Assembly (NCBI GenBank): GCA_963785305.1
Contig: CAWAUV010000008.1
Coordinates: forward strand, 512,001 to 576,000
Length of the DNA stretch: 64,000 nt
DNA from: an uncultured Planctomycetaceae bacterium
GTDB taxonomy: Bacteria > Planctomycetota > Planctomycetia > Pirellulales > PALSA-1355
Reading direction: 5' to 3'
Part shown: piece by piece, positions 53,979 to 64,000 of the stretch
Position numbering within the stretch: the first letter of the stretch is position 1
How the letters are laid out: every line of letters begins with the position of its first letter
Notes under the pieces: model-generated
What the model saw: only the letters and a program-made list of their open reading frames with translations
Told to the model about the DNA's origin: nothing
Database searches by the model: none
Position numbers and translations under genes: made by a program

Positions 53979-55059
53979 TCAATTTCCGAAGCTGACGGGA
54001 ATCGACTCATTGCCATTCCGAGAAGCCAGCGACCACAGGAGCGGCTGCGATGTGGTTTCATCGATCCATTGCGCCGAGCCGTCGGCCATTAGCACTTGGC
54101 AACCGCCTGGGTGAAATGAAATCAGCTCGTCCGACGCATAGGCAATGCACCAATTTTCATACACGGTGTCGCCCGGCAGCTTGCCACCCGAGGCCGGCAA
54201 GTTCGACGTCGGCGCGGGGGTGGGGGCGAGATTGATATTGGCCACGTTTTCGCCTCCGGCCCAAGAGCCGGAAATTTTGAGCTGCGAGCTCTTGGCGTTG
54301 AAGCCGCGGCCCGCCATTTCGGCAACCATGATCGTTTTCGAAGTGCCATCGGTGATGTCTCGCACTCGCACCACGGTCGAAACAGCAAGCGCCGAAGTCG
54401 ATCCCGAATCGGTGAGGAGCACACCCATGTTCTTATTGTAGGCGGATCCCGTGGCGGGGTTGATGTTACCGCTGTTGGGGCCATCGATGCCGGAATAGTC
54501 GTTGGCGCCCATGTTGGTTCCCGCGGCGGCGGCGGTTTGGCCGTAGTAATTGTTGATCGTCGACGCGCCGATCGGTGCGCGAGGGGTCCATCGGCGATGC
54601 CGTGCTGGGACAAATATAGGTATTAATCACGTTGGTCGTGACTTTGTATGCCGGATTCGTGGAATTGAGGTTGGCGCTATAGGTCTGGTCGTTGGGCGCG
54701 AATTTGAAATTAATCAACTTGAATATTTCATTCGCCTCCATATACGGCAAAATCAGGGCCGACCAAGCCCAGGTTTCACAATTCGCGCAAGTTTGCGTTT
54801 CTCCCGCCGGAAACGTCTTTTTCACGTCGTGGTGGTTCAGCAATCCCAACCCAATCTGCTTGAGGTTGTTCGAGCACGATGCCCTTCTGGCGGCGGCCCG
54901 GGCGGCTTGCACCGCAGGCAGCAACAGCGCGATCAATACACCGATCACGGCGATCACGACCAGAAGCTCGACCAACGTAAACGCGAGCCGCGCCCGTTGG
55001 AGACGAACCGACCAGTATCGGTCGCTTCTCATGCGGAAACTGTTCGTTCCAAATTTCAT
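53979..55059 (-). CDS. DUF1559 prepilin-type protein; frameshift near 54530
   Basis: [53 protein letters not shown]. Confidence 0.92.
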
Positions 55060-55318
55060 TGAAACCTCTCTCTTCGGCGGATGAACAATTGAGTCATGAT
55101 AGAGATCGATTGTTTGCGCGGAGTTAGCCCTTTATGAGCTTTCGCGGTTTTCTCGAAGCAGGCGCCCGCCAGATCGCCCTTTGGGGGCTCGCGGGCCGCA
55201 AGAATCGCTCGCGCGAGGGAACCGGCTTCATTGCGGGCACGCCAGAATTGCCGTCGTTTCCGGCAACGATTACCAAATCAACGCCGTTTAGCAGCCAGTT
55301 AAATATTTCAACCGGTTT

Positions 55319-58300
55319 TTAGGGATGCTCGTGCAGAACCTCGAGAGCGTCGAAGTCGGCCAATACTTGGTCGATCGCTTCCGACTTCTCCGAGCGAGCG
55401 GCGGTGATTTTGACGACGCCGGCGCCGATTTGCTGACTGAGAGCGGCGGCGATCCTAGGTCCGGCCGGAATTTCGCCCGAAACTTGCGAAACAATGGACG
55501 CCAAGTTCGTGGAAACGTCGCTCGGGGCGCCGCTGTTTGTCGTCACGAAGACCGGCGCCACGAAGTCACTCGTCGCGTCGCGAGTGGCGGGGGCCGCAAT
55601 GCTTGCCGAGGCCGGCGTCGCGAGCGGAACGGTGGATGGAGCGGCGGATGGAATGGCGATCGACGAGGAAGCGATCGCGCTTTGCGGCGATTGGGCGGTC
55701 GGTGTTTCCGCGTCGCTCGAGCTACCGCCAATCGCCGCCAAGTACATGAACTCCGCGCCATCGGCCGCGGTAATGATGCTCGGCGAGCTCACCGAATTCA
55801 TCGGCGCCGCGACTCCGCCGGCCGGGGCCGTGTTGTAGGTCACGCTGTTGTAGACCGGATCGTTCGCCGGCAACTTCTTGAGCAAGTACTGCCGGATTTC
55901 GATCTCTTCGGTGCTGGAAATCGATTTTGCGCCATCGACATCGAAATAGGGGTTGAAACCAGAGCTGGTTGTCGACTTGAGAAAGTAATTTCGAACCGCG
56001 ACTTCTTCCGTGGAACTAACGCTGAAACCGGTGGTGTTGGTTCCGACCTGCTCGTCGTCGCCCGGCAGCACATTGAAGCGGAAGGCGAAGTCGCCGCCCG
56101 AGAGGCCGTTGCCCGAGGGCAGCGTGGAGCCCGGCGTCATCGTGCCCGACACGTCCGTCGTGTTGGTAAAGGCCCCGGAGATGCTGGCCCCGTTTGCGTC
56201 GGTCACGTCGGCCGCGGGAATCACGACCAGATACTTGTTGTCCGTCAGCGGGCTGGCGAACGTCCAGGTCGCGACATGCGTCGTACTATTGTAGGTCGCG
56301 CTCGAGAGGCTCGGCGTGGTATAGCCACTGGTGGACGAACCGATAATCGGCGAAGCGTCGAGCAGCGCGCTGGTCACGTTCACGCTTTCGCTGAACTGCA
56401 CCGAGATCGTATCCATGTTAATCCAGGGCAACGTGAGCAACTGCGATGCCCCCGTCTGGAGTTCATAACCGAGCGTCGCGCTGCCGAGCGAGTTCGAACC
56501 CAGGTAAGTGAGGAATTGCGACGTCCAAGCACTGCCGCTCACGTATACCCCCGTGATCGTGGCCGGAGCCACGACGCTCACCAAATCCGTCGCCGTGTTG
56601 CTCGGCTGGAGTCCGTCGGTCACCTTGAAGCTGATCGTGCGAGAGCCGGTGGCGGCGCCGGCGGTGAATGTCACCGACGCCAGCGCGGTTTGCATTTCGG
56701 CGGTGGTGGGCGTGCCGCTCACCGAGATCGTGAGCACGCCGGTCGCGCTATTGAACGAGCCCGAGATTCCATTCTGGGTGGCCAAAGCTAATGTGTCGCC
56801 CGAGGAGTAACCCGCCGTGATGCTGACCGAGGCCGCGACAAAGTCGGGGCTCGGATTGGAGTCGGTGAGCGTGAGCCCGACGTCGAGCGTCTCCGTGGCG
56901 CCGGCGGTGGCCGAGGACGGGGATGTCGAATAGCTAGTGGTCAAAACAGGCGCCGCCGCGGAGGCCGCGACCGTCACCTGTTTCGTGGCGGTGTTGCTGA
57001 CCAGCGTATCGTTCGTGTCGGTCACGGTGAAGGAAATCGTGCGCGAGCCGGCGGCGGTGGCCGTGAGCGTCACGGATTCGAGCGCCGCCATGAACTGGCT
57101 CACCGTGTCCGATCCGCCGTTGATTGTCAGTGTGCCGCTAGCGGCCGAGGCGTTGTAGCTCGCGGTGATTCCGCTCGGCGCTCCCGCGCCCAGGGCGAGT
57201 GTGTCGCCCGTTTGATAGCCGGCCGAGATCGCGACGGTGGCAATCAGGCTGGCGCTCGCGTTGGAATCCGTGAGTGAGACAGCCTGATCGATCGCGACCG
57301 CCGCATTGGCCGAAGCACTCGTGGCGCCGTTGCTGGCGGTGACCACCGGCGCCGTGCCGCTGGCGCTCACGGTGGGAGCGAACGCCACTCCCAGGAAGGC
57401 GGCGCCGCCCGTCGTGGCGCTAGGCGTTTGAGCAAGATAGACCGGAGTGGCGGTTAGCGATCCATTGAAACCCGAGCTATCGGTGACCGATACGAGTTCC
57501 GAACTCTCCGTGTCGGGGTTGTAGTTCGTGGCATAGAGCGTCACCACGCCGTTCGACACGCTGCCGGTCAGGCCCACGTAATCGTTGCTGGTGTCGATCG
57601 AGCCGCTGAGCACCCAACTTGTGCCATTGTACGTGTACTTCGAGATACCGAGCCCGGGCGTGACGAGGCCGGTTTTGGAACTGTAGCTCGCGCTGGCGTC
57701 CGCGATATAGAGCGTGTCGTAGCCGTCCTGCGAGGGGCCGGTTCCGAGTCGAGCCAAGTAGAATGAATTGGTTTTGCCGCTGTTCCCACTGGCGCCCGCG
57801 GTGAGTCCGCTTCCAGCGAATCCGGTAAGCGTGATCGTCGGCTGATTGGGCTCGCCGCTGCTCGGGTTGCCGCCGTTGGTTCCCGTGACCGCTTCAACAA
57901 TCTGTTGGCTGGTGCTTTTATCTTGATCGACGAACATCTGCCCATTGATGATTTCGACATCGCGGACATTCGTCAGCGTCGAGCCGGTGAGATCGGTCGC
58001 GGTCGTGCCTCCCAGTCCATCGATATATTCGAGGCCGCCGTTGGCCGGCGTGGAATTGTCATCGCCCGCGACCCAAATATCGGAGCCGTTGGTGGTAAAC
58101 GCGGCGCGAGGATCGTTTCCGCTGGCGAAGTTGGTCAGCGCGGTCGTGGTGTTGATGACGCCATTGATATTGATTTCGCCGACAGTGCGGGCCAGCTTGG
58201 TCGAAGCGACATTTTCCGGAGCCGCGTCGCCAGCGCCTTCGTCGAAACCGACGAGCGTCAGGTATTCGCCATTCGACGAGAGATTCAGCTCGCCTTCGCC

Positions 58301-61300
58301 CGAGGTGGCGCTGCCATCGAGCGTCAACGGGTTGTTGGCGCCCGTGGCCGCGGTCGGCAGCGGAATGCTTTGCACGAGCGCGCCGCCGGGCGTGTATTCG
58401 TCGAGGAACACGGCGGTCGACTCGTCCGAGAAAGCCACCGCCGCGTTCGCGGCGCCGAGTTGCAACACGGCCAAATCGCCGGCCTGAAACGGCTGGACGA
58501 TCTGCTCGCTAATCGTGCTGGTGATACCGCTCGCGTGGGCGTCGGTCACGGTGAGCGATTGGCTATAGCCGGTTACGAGCTCGAGGCCCGAGAACACATG
58601 CACGCCGTCATCGCCGCCCGCGCCGGACGTGAATGTGTAATTCGCCGGAAGCGAGGCCGAGGAATCCGTCGAACTGAATTGCACCGTGCCGGCGTAGTTG
58701 GTCACGGTGTTGCCGTAAGTGTCTTGGGCCGTGACCGTGACGCTGAATGCCTGCTTGGCGACGACATAAATCGGGGTTGAAATCGCGAACTGCGCCGGAG
58801 CGGCGGCTGTCACAATCACATTGGCGCTGCCGGATACGACTCCCGTGCCCGAGGCGACGATCGTTTGACTTCCGGCGGTGACCAGCGCGGCGCTGAAGGT
58901 ATGGCTGCCGTCGTCGGCGGCGGTGAATACATAATCGGCCGGGAGCGAGACATCGGCGCCCAGGTCGCTGCTCGTGAAATGCACCTCGCCGGTGTAATTG
59001 GTCACCGGCTGATTCTGGGCGTTTTCAGCCGTCACGGTGACATTGAACGCGGCGCCTGCCGTGGCGCTCGCCGACGTCGTGACGACGAAGTGCGTGGCCG
59101 CGGTCGACGGAATCGCTTGAGGCACGAGCGACACGCCGCGGAACGTCTCGTTGCTCGCCGCGGTGGCGATCGCGGTTACCGAACCGTTGACGAATCCATT
59201 GTATCCGGATGAATCGGTGAAGGCGTAGACCGTGCCGCCCTCGCCCTTGGTGTTTTGAGTCGAGCCGGTGTAAAGACTCGTCGTCGCAAAGAGCGTGACA
59301 ACGCCATTGCTTACCGAGCCGGTCAGTCCCTCGACGCCGGGAGCGCTGATGGTTCCACTAGGCTCCCATTGACCGCCATCGAGCGACCACTTTTCGATTT
59401 GACCGTTGGTGTCGTCGGTAATGTATAGCGTGTCGACATTCGTATCGCCCGAGCCGAGCGCGGCGAAGAACACACTATTGGGCGAGGCGGTCGAGCCCGT
59501 GGCGGCCGTCGGTAGCCCGTTCAAGCTGGTGACAGTCTGATTGCCGGTCGTGGGCAGATTGATGTTCGCGGCGCCGATCGTTCCTACCTCAAGCTGATCT
59601 TGCGACGAGACATAAAGCTGGCCATTGATCACGAAGATGTCGCGCAGATTCGATTCGCTCGATTCAAGCGAGGTCGATGTGCTGGCGCCCAGCGTCGTAT
59701 AGGCCGCGCCGCTCGTGCTGCTGCTGACATAGATCGACGTGCCATTGGTGGTGTCGGCCGCGCGAATATTGCCTTCGACATCGGTGAGCGCGGTGGTGGT
59801 GTTCACGCTGCCCGACGCGCCCACGATGCCCACCACGCGCGGCACGCTGGCGCTCGAGGTCGTGTCGATCGTGGGACCTTCGCCAACCGAGGCGTCGTAA
59901 CCGGTCAGCACAAGCCGCGTGCCATCGGGCGAGAGATTCAGTTCGCCATCGCCGGGCGCATTGCCCGAGGCAAGCAGCGCTTGGTTCGAGCCGCTGGCGC
60001 CGGCGACGGTCGGCATCGGAATCGTTTCGATGAGCGTGCCCGAGGTCGTGTATTCGTCGAGAAACACCGCCGTGGCCACCCCGCTTAGCGAAGCGCCGCC
60101 GGCGCCAATGCGATAGACCACGAAATCGCCCGGCGTGAAAGCCTGGGGCGAATAGTCCTCGATCGACGAAGCGCCCGTGACGGTGGACTTGACCGTGTCG
60201 GTCGCGGTGAGCGTGGTGGCCGTGCCCAAGAGACTTCCGGTCTCGAGGGTCACGGCATTGGTAAACGCGTGGCTGCCATCGTCGGCGGCTTGGAAGGCGT
60301 AGTTCGCCGGCAACGAGGCCGCGGAATCGGTCGAGCTGAAATGCACCGTGCCGGTGTAGTTGCTCACCAGGTTTCCATAGGCGTCTTCGGCCGTCACGGT
60401 GACACTGAATGGCGTGCCGGTCGTGGAATCAACGGGCGCGGAAACGGCGAACTGGCTCACTTGGGCCGCGTTCACAACGATCGGCGCGGAGGCGCCGGCG
60501 ATAATGCCATCGGAAACCCCCAACGTTTGGTTGCCGGCCGTGTCGAGCACGATGCCCGTGAATGTATGCGCGCCGTTGTCGGCGCCGGCGCCGGTGGTGA
60601 ATGTGTAGGTAGCCGGCAACACGTCGCCGGTCGCCGGATCGGTCGTGGTGAAGCTGACCGTGCCGGTGTAGTTCGTGATGACTTGTCCAGCGGCGTTTTC
60701 CGCCGTGACCGTCACACTCAGCGGGGCGCCGGCCGTGGTCGACGAGGGAGCGGTGGTAAACACGAACTGGGTGGCGCCCGAGGCCTCGGTCAACTCCGGC
60801 ACGGTGGCGATGCCGCGGAAGTCGGTGTTGGCCGGGGCCGAGAAGAGCACGGTCGCCGACGACGAGCCGTTGTTGGTGATCGCGCCGTTGTAGCCGGAGG
60901 TGTCCGTGATCGAGACCACATTGTTATTGTTCGGGTCGGTGGCGTAGAGCGTCACCGTGTTTCCGTTGACGGAACCGATCAGCCCTTCATAGCTGGCGGT
61001 GGCGCTGCCGATGGTTCCATTGACTGTCCAGTTGCCCGTGGTGGCGTTCCAGGTGTATTTCGTAATGCCGGGCGAGGAATTCGTGGCGCTCGTGTTTTCA
61101 TCGGCCACATAAAGCGTGTTGTAGCCCGAGTCGACGCCGTTGATGTCGAAGTCGGCGCCCGTTCCAAGCTTGGCGAGGAAGAACTCGCCGGTCTTGGACT
61201 TGCTGCCGGCCGTGGTGAGATTGGCGATTCCCGAGCCAGGCAAATTGTTGACCGTCGCGCCGCTGGTGGTGGGCGTTTGGAGGCTTCCGCTCGTATTGTC

Positions 61301-62047
61301 GAGAGCCTGAATAATCGGCAGGCCGGTGTTTTTGTCTTGGCTGAAATAGAGCTGGCCGTTCCAGATTTCCACGTCGCGAGCATTCGAGGCCGAACTCGAA
61401 AACGCGGTCGACGTGGTCACGCTGCCGCCGAGCGAACTGATGTAATGCACGCCGTTGGTTGTGTCTTGTCCCGCGAGCCAAAAGCCGGTGGAATTGCTGC
61501 CCGTGACGCCGCGCGGATCGCCGGTGCTGGAAAAATCGGTGAGCGCCGTGGTGGTGTTGATCGCGCCGGTGGCCAAGCTCACTTCGCCGATGGTTCGATT
61601 GATCGAGGCGGAAGTGCTGTTTTCGATGGCGCCGCTCGGAGCGCTCGCGCCGCCGCCGGGCGTGGTGTCATAGCCGGTCAGCAGCAAGTCCTGGCCATCG
61701 GTGGATACATTGAGCTCGCCTTCGTTGGTCGAGTTGCCTAGCACGAGCGACTGATTGCCGCCAGTAATGCTGCTGGTGGGCATCGCGATTTGCTGCACCA
61801 GGGTTCCGCTGGGCGTGTATTCGTCGAGAAACACGGCCGTGCCGGTGTCGCCCGGAGTGCCCGTGGCGCCATTGGCGCCGATTTGCAGCACCACGAGATC
61901 GCCCGCGGTAAAGCCCGTCATCACAAACCGCTCTTCAAGCGGCTCGAAGCTCCGGCGGCGCGATCCAACCGTGGGCCGCGCCCCATTTGAATTTAGTTTA
62001 TTTCGACGAGTAGCCTTGGGGCGAGCCGAGCGTGCCTTCGATTTCAT
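55319..62047 (-). CDS. Giant secreted/surface protein (~2240 aa): three beta-rich repeat domains, Ig-like repeats, C-terminal dockerin-like region
   Basis: RRRSFEPLEERFVM leader; three GD(L/F)(V/A)V..G..TAVFLDEYT..GELN(L/V)S units; repeated VTVTA..NY(T/A)G.V.F; RFNVLPGD..DVDG tail. Confidence 0.85.
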   Translation of the reverse strand: MKSKARSARPKATRRNKLNSNGARPTVGSRRRSFEPLEERFVMTGFTAGDLVVLQIGANGATGTPGDTGTAVFLDEYTPSGTLVQQIAMPTSSITGGNQSLVLGNSTNEGELNVSTDGQDLLLTGYDTTPGGGASAPSGAIENSTSASINRTIGEVSLATGAINTTTALTDFSSTGDPRGVTGSNSTGFWLAGQDTTNGVHYISSLGGSVTTSTAFSSSASNARDVEIWNGQLYFSQDKNTGLPIIQALDNTSGSLQTPTTSGATVNNLPGSGIANLTTAGSKSKTGEFFLAKLGTGADFDINGVDSGYNTLYVADENTSATNSSPGITKYTWNATTGNWTVNGTIGSATASYEGLIGSVNGNTVTLYATDPNNNNVVSITDTSGYNGAITNNGSSSATVLFSAPANTDFRGIATVPELTEASGATQFVFTTAPSSTTAGAPLSVTVTAENAAGQVITNYTGTVSFTTTDPATGDVLPATYTFTTGAGADNGAHTFTGIVLDTAGNQTLGVSDGIIAGASAPIVVNAAQVSQFAVSAPVDSTTGTPFSVTVTAEDAYGNLVSNYTGTVHFSSTDSAASLPANYAFQAADDGSHAFTNAVTLETGSLLGTATTLTATDTVKSTVTGASSIEDYSPQAFTPGDFVVYRIGAGGASLSGVATAVFLDEYTTSGTLIETIPMPTVAGASGSNQALLASGNAPGDGELNLSPDGTRLVLTGYDASVGEGPTIDTTSSASVPRVVGIVGASGSVNTTTALTDVEGNIRAADTTNGTSIYVSSSTSGAAYTTLGASTSTSLESSESNLRDIFVINGQLYVSSQDQLEVGTIGAANINLPTTGNQTVTSLNGLPTAATGSTASPNSVFFAALGSGDTNVDTLYITDDTNGQIEKWSLDGGQWEPSGTISAPGVEGLTGSVSNGVVTLFATTSLYTGSTQNTKGEGGTVYAFTDSSGYNGFVNGSVTAIATAASNETFRGVSLVPQAIPSTAATHFVVTTSASATAGAAFNVTVTAENAQNQPVTNYTGEVHFTSSDLGADVSLPADYVFTAADDGSHTFSAALVTAGSQTIVASGTGVVSGSANVIVTAAAPAQFAISTPIYVVAKQAFSVTVTAQDTYGNTVTNYAGTVQFSSTDSSASLPANYTFTSGAGGDDGVHVFSGLELVTGYSQSLTVTDAHASGITSTISEQIVQPFQAGDLAVLQLGAANAAVAFSDESTAVFLDEYTPGGALVQSIPLPTAATGANNPLTLDGSATSGEGELNLSSNGEYLTLVGFDEGAGDAAPENVASTKLARTVGEININGVINTTTALTNFASGNDPRAAFTTNGSDIWVAGDDNSTPANGGLEYIDGLGGTTATDLTGSTLTNVRDVEIINGQMFVDQDKSTSQQIVEAVTGTNGGNPSSGEPNQPTITLTGFAGSGLTAGASGNSGKTNSFYLARLGTGPSQDGYDTLYIADASASYSSKTGLVTPGLGISKYTYNGTSWVLSGSIDTSNDYVGLTGSVSNGVVTLYATNYNPDTESSELVSVTDSSGFNGSLTATPVYLAQTPSATTGGAAFLGVAFAPTVSASGTAPVVTASNGATSASANAAVAIDQAVSLTDSNASASLIATVAISAGYQTGDTLALGAGAPSGITASYNASAASGTLTINGGSDTVSQFMAALESVTLTATAAGSRTISFTVTDTNDTLVSNTATKQVTVAASAAAPVLTTSYSTSPSSATAGATETLDVGLTLTDSNPSPDFVAASVSITAGYSSGDTLALATQNGISGSFNSATGVLTISVSGTPTTAEMQTALASVTFTAGAATGSRTISFKVTDGLQPSNTATDLVSVVAPATITGVYVSGSAWTSQFLTYLGSNSLGSATLGYELQTGASQLLTLPWINMDTISVQFSESVNVTSALLDASPIIGSSTSGYTTPSLSSATYNSTTHVATWTFASPLTDNKYLVVIPAADVTDANGASISGAFTNTTDVSGTMTPGSTLPSGNGLSGGDFAFRFNVLPGDDEQVGTNTTGFSVSSTEEVAVRNYFLKSTTSSGFNPYFDVDGAKSISSTEEIEIRQYLLKKLPANDPVYNSVTYNTAPAGGVAAPMNSVSSPSIITAADGAEFMYLAAIGGSSSDAETPTAQSPQSAIASSSIAIPSAAPSTVPLATPASASIAAPATRDATSDFVAPVFVTTNSGAPSDVSTNLASIVSQVSGEIPAGPRIAAALSQQIGAGVVKITAARSEKSEAIDQVLADFDALEVLHEHP

Positions 62048-62487
62048 TCGAGCCAAAACCTTTGTGGAGGATCGCGACAACTCATCGCGATAGCGGAGTG
62101 AAGGGCGCAAAAACCTGCTGCCTGGCGCAAGTCCTTTTCTTTATCCGCCGTTCCATGAGGCGGCGTCGGGCCGGACTGGCGGTGGGCGCGCCAGCACTCG
62201 CGACAGCGAGCCGAGAATAGTCCTCGTTTATTAAGAAAAAATGAGCGAATGATGAGATTGCAGTCCGATTTCAATGAGGGAAATGAGAGATTTGCAAGAA
62301 TTCGCCGTCCCGTGTCTCGGAACACGCGAAAATTGAGGTTGGCTCGCAGCCAGCGCTTGAGCCAAGAATGCCGCCGAGCCGACATTGCGGCGCGCGGAAA
62401 CGCCGCCGCCGCCGCGCCATGCACGAGAATGCGAATAAAGGCCGAGAAACGGCGAGTCAGCAGCCCGCTGAAAACTCCAACAGCCTG

Positions 62488-63119
62488 CTAGTCTTGCCCG
62501 GGCGGTTTTGCCTGCTTTATCGGTTCGAGCCGAATCTGCGTCAGCTCGGTCGCCCCAGACGAAGGCAACCCGAGCAACAAGGTCCGCACTCCCAGCGGAT
62601 CGCTCGGGTCGCAGCGAACGAGGTCGTCGCACACTTCGCGGGCCATTTCGGGTTTCGAGATTTTCATCAGACACCAGACAAGCCCCTTGCCGGCTTCGTG
62701 AAAGGCTTGGTTCACGGCGCCGCGGTAGGGAAGTGGGCCTTTGTCGCCCAGGGCTTTCATGCCCAGTCGATGCGCATAGCCGAAGTGGGCGCGGGCGAGC
62801 GGCAGGTCATCGGCGGCGAGCGCCAATTCGCCGAGCAAGCGGTGGGCTTCCAGAAAATCGCCGCAGCCGTTGAGGAGCCAGCGGAGCTCGTCGACGGCGA
62901 TTTCCGGCTCGCCCGCCTCGATCATGTGTCGCACTTCCTCCAAATCCTCGCGCCGGTCTCGCGAGGCGCGGGATTCGACCAGTTCCCAATTTCGTCCATC
63001 GGCCGCCAGCCGGGCTCGCAAGCGATTGGTTCCGCCGCGCAATTCGGAATTTTTTCCGCGCGCGTCACCGGCTTTCCGCGACGATTCTTCGGCCCAAATT
63101 TCGATTTCTTTTTTGCCAC
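62488..63119 (-). CDS. Hypothetical TPR-like protein; probable frameshift near 63030
   Basis: Basic N-terminus MAKKKSK (62922..63119) joined to WELV..EDLEEV..DELRWLL..AHRLLGELA..ARAHFGYA..DPSDPLG. Confidence 0.6.
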
Positions 63120-63312
63120 CCAGCAAAATCCCCATCACCCAAGAAATATCGCCCGAGGAAGTCACGACGCGGCCTGCCCCGACGATATGGGCGGCAAGTG
63201 CCAACGCGGCTGGTCACTGGGCCGCTTTTGCTTAAATTAAGAAACATTCGCGGTGGACGCATTGGCCCCAGCGCCCTTCGCCCCAGCTTATTGCATTCCG
63301 AAGCCGAACGCC

Positions 63313-64000
63313 ATGCAATCGAGACGGACCCCGCTTCCCGACCAAGACATCGAGCATATCACGCGTCTGGTGGGCGATGCTTGGCAATTGCTCCGCGCGG
63401 CGAATGTCTTCATCACCGGCGGCACCGGGTTCATCGGCAAATGGCTCCTCGAGTCGTTCATGGCGGCCAATCGATCGCTCGCGCTCGACGCGCGGCTCAT
63501 CGTGCTCTCGCGCGATCCCGAGGCGTTTTTGCGATCCATGCCGCACTTGGCCCATCGACCCGAGATCCAATTCCACCGGGGAGATGTTCGGTCGTTTGTA
63601 TATCCCGCGACGCCGTGCTCCCACATTATTCACGCCGCCGCGCCAGCCGCGGAAATTCCGGGTCTCGAACATCGCCTCGACCTCTGTGAAGCGATCGTGG
63701 GCGGCACTGGGCGCGTTTTGCGATTCGCCGAGCACTCCGGCGCCCGGCGGCTGCTGCTTGTCGGCAGCGGCGCGGTTTATGGCCCAAGAGCGCCGGGCGA
63801 GAACCGGATTTCGGAAGATGATCCCGGCGCTCCCGCGATTTTCGACCTTCATTCAACCTATGCGCACGGCAAGCGACTGGTCGAACACCTGGGCGCGGTG
63901 CATTCCGCCAACGCCGGCCAACAGGTGATGATTGCCCGGTGCTTTGCGTTCGTGGGACCACACTTGCCACTCGCGGGCCGGTTTGCGATCGGCAATTTTT
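63313..64000 (+). CDS. NAD-dependent nucleotide-sugar epimerase/dehydratase (runs off the window end)
   Basis: Manual translation MQSRRTPLPDQDIEH..VFITGGTGFIGKWL..IIHAA..SGAVYG..YAHGKR..IARCFAFVGP. Confidence 0.85.
   Translation, partial: MQSRRTPLPDQDIEHITRLVGDAWQLLRAANVFITGGTGFIGKWLLESFMAANRSLALDARLIVLSRDPEAFLRSMPHLAHRPEIQFHRGDVRSFVYPATPCSHIIHAAAPAAEIPGLEHRLDLCEAIVGGTGRVLRFAEHSGARRLLLVGSGAVYGPRAPGENRISEDDPGAPAIFDLHSTYAHGKRLVEHLGAVHSANAGQQVMIARCFAFVGPHLPLAGRFAIGNF

Noticed and set aside
1850..63050. Programmed frameshifting or genome decay as the cause of split genes
   Set aside because: No common slippery site or stimulator, and no accompanying nonsense mutations or truncations; sequencing error is more parsimonious

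Overview
GC-rich bacterial chromosomal segment, almost certainly a planctomycete (DUF1501, DUF1549/DUF1553 cytochrome-c, DUF1559 prepilin-type, DUF3500 and a giant surface protein with the planctomycete 'FEPLEER' leader). About 45 genes: housekeeping (der, dapB, thrC, rpsR, csrA, sodC, phoBR, cold-shock and RRM proteins), two sigma-54 activators, a putative hydroxyproline-catabolic cluster, an AAA_21 ATPase + DUF4276 pair, and tRNA-Met(CAT) plus tRNA-Leu(CAG). At least 17 otherwise intact genes are split by frameshifts, most likely long-read indel errors. The standout is the ORF-free region after the two tRNAs (about 29090-30380). By eye it folds into a very large multi-domain RNA of about 900-950 nt, with long-range helices, G-U pairs favouring the + strand and several GNRA tetraloops. 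It is interrupted at a CTAG near the tip of one long stem by a 339-bp MITE, which itself carries a nested 187-bp element. Several REP/MITE families and a 246-bp tandem duplication at the end of sodC are also present. All calls are by inspection; no searches were run.
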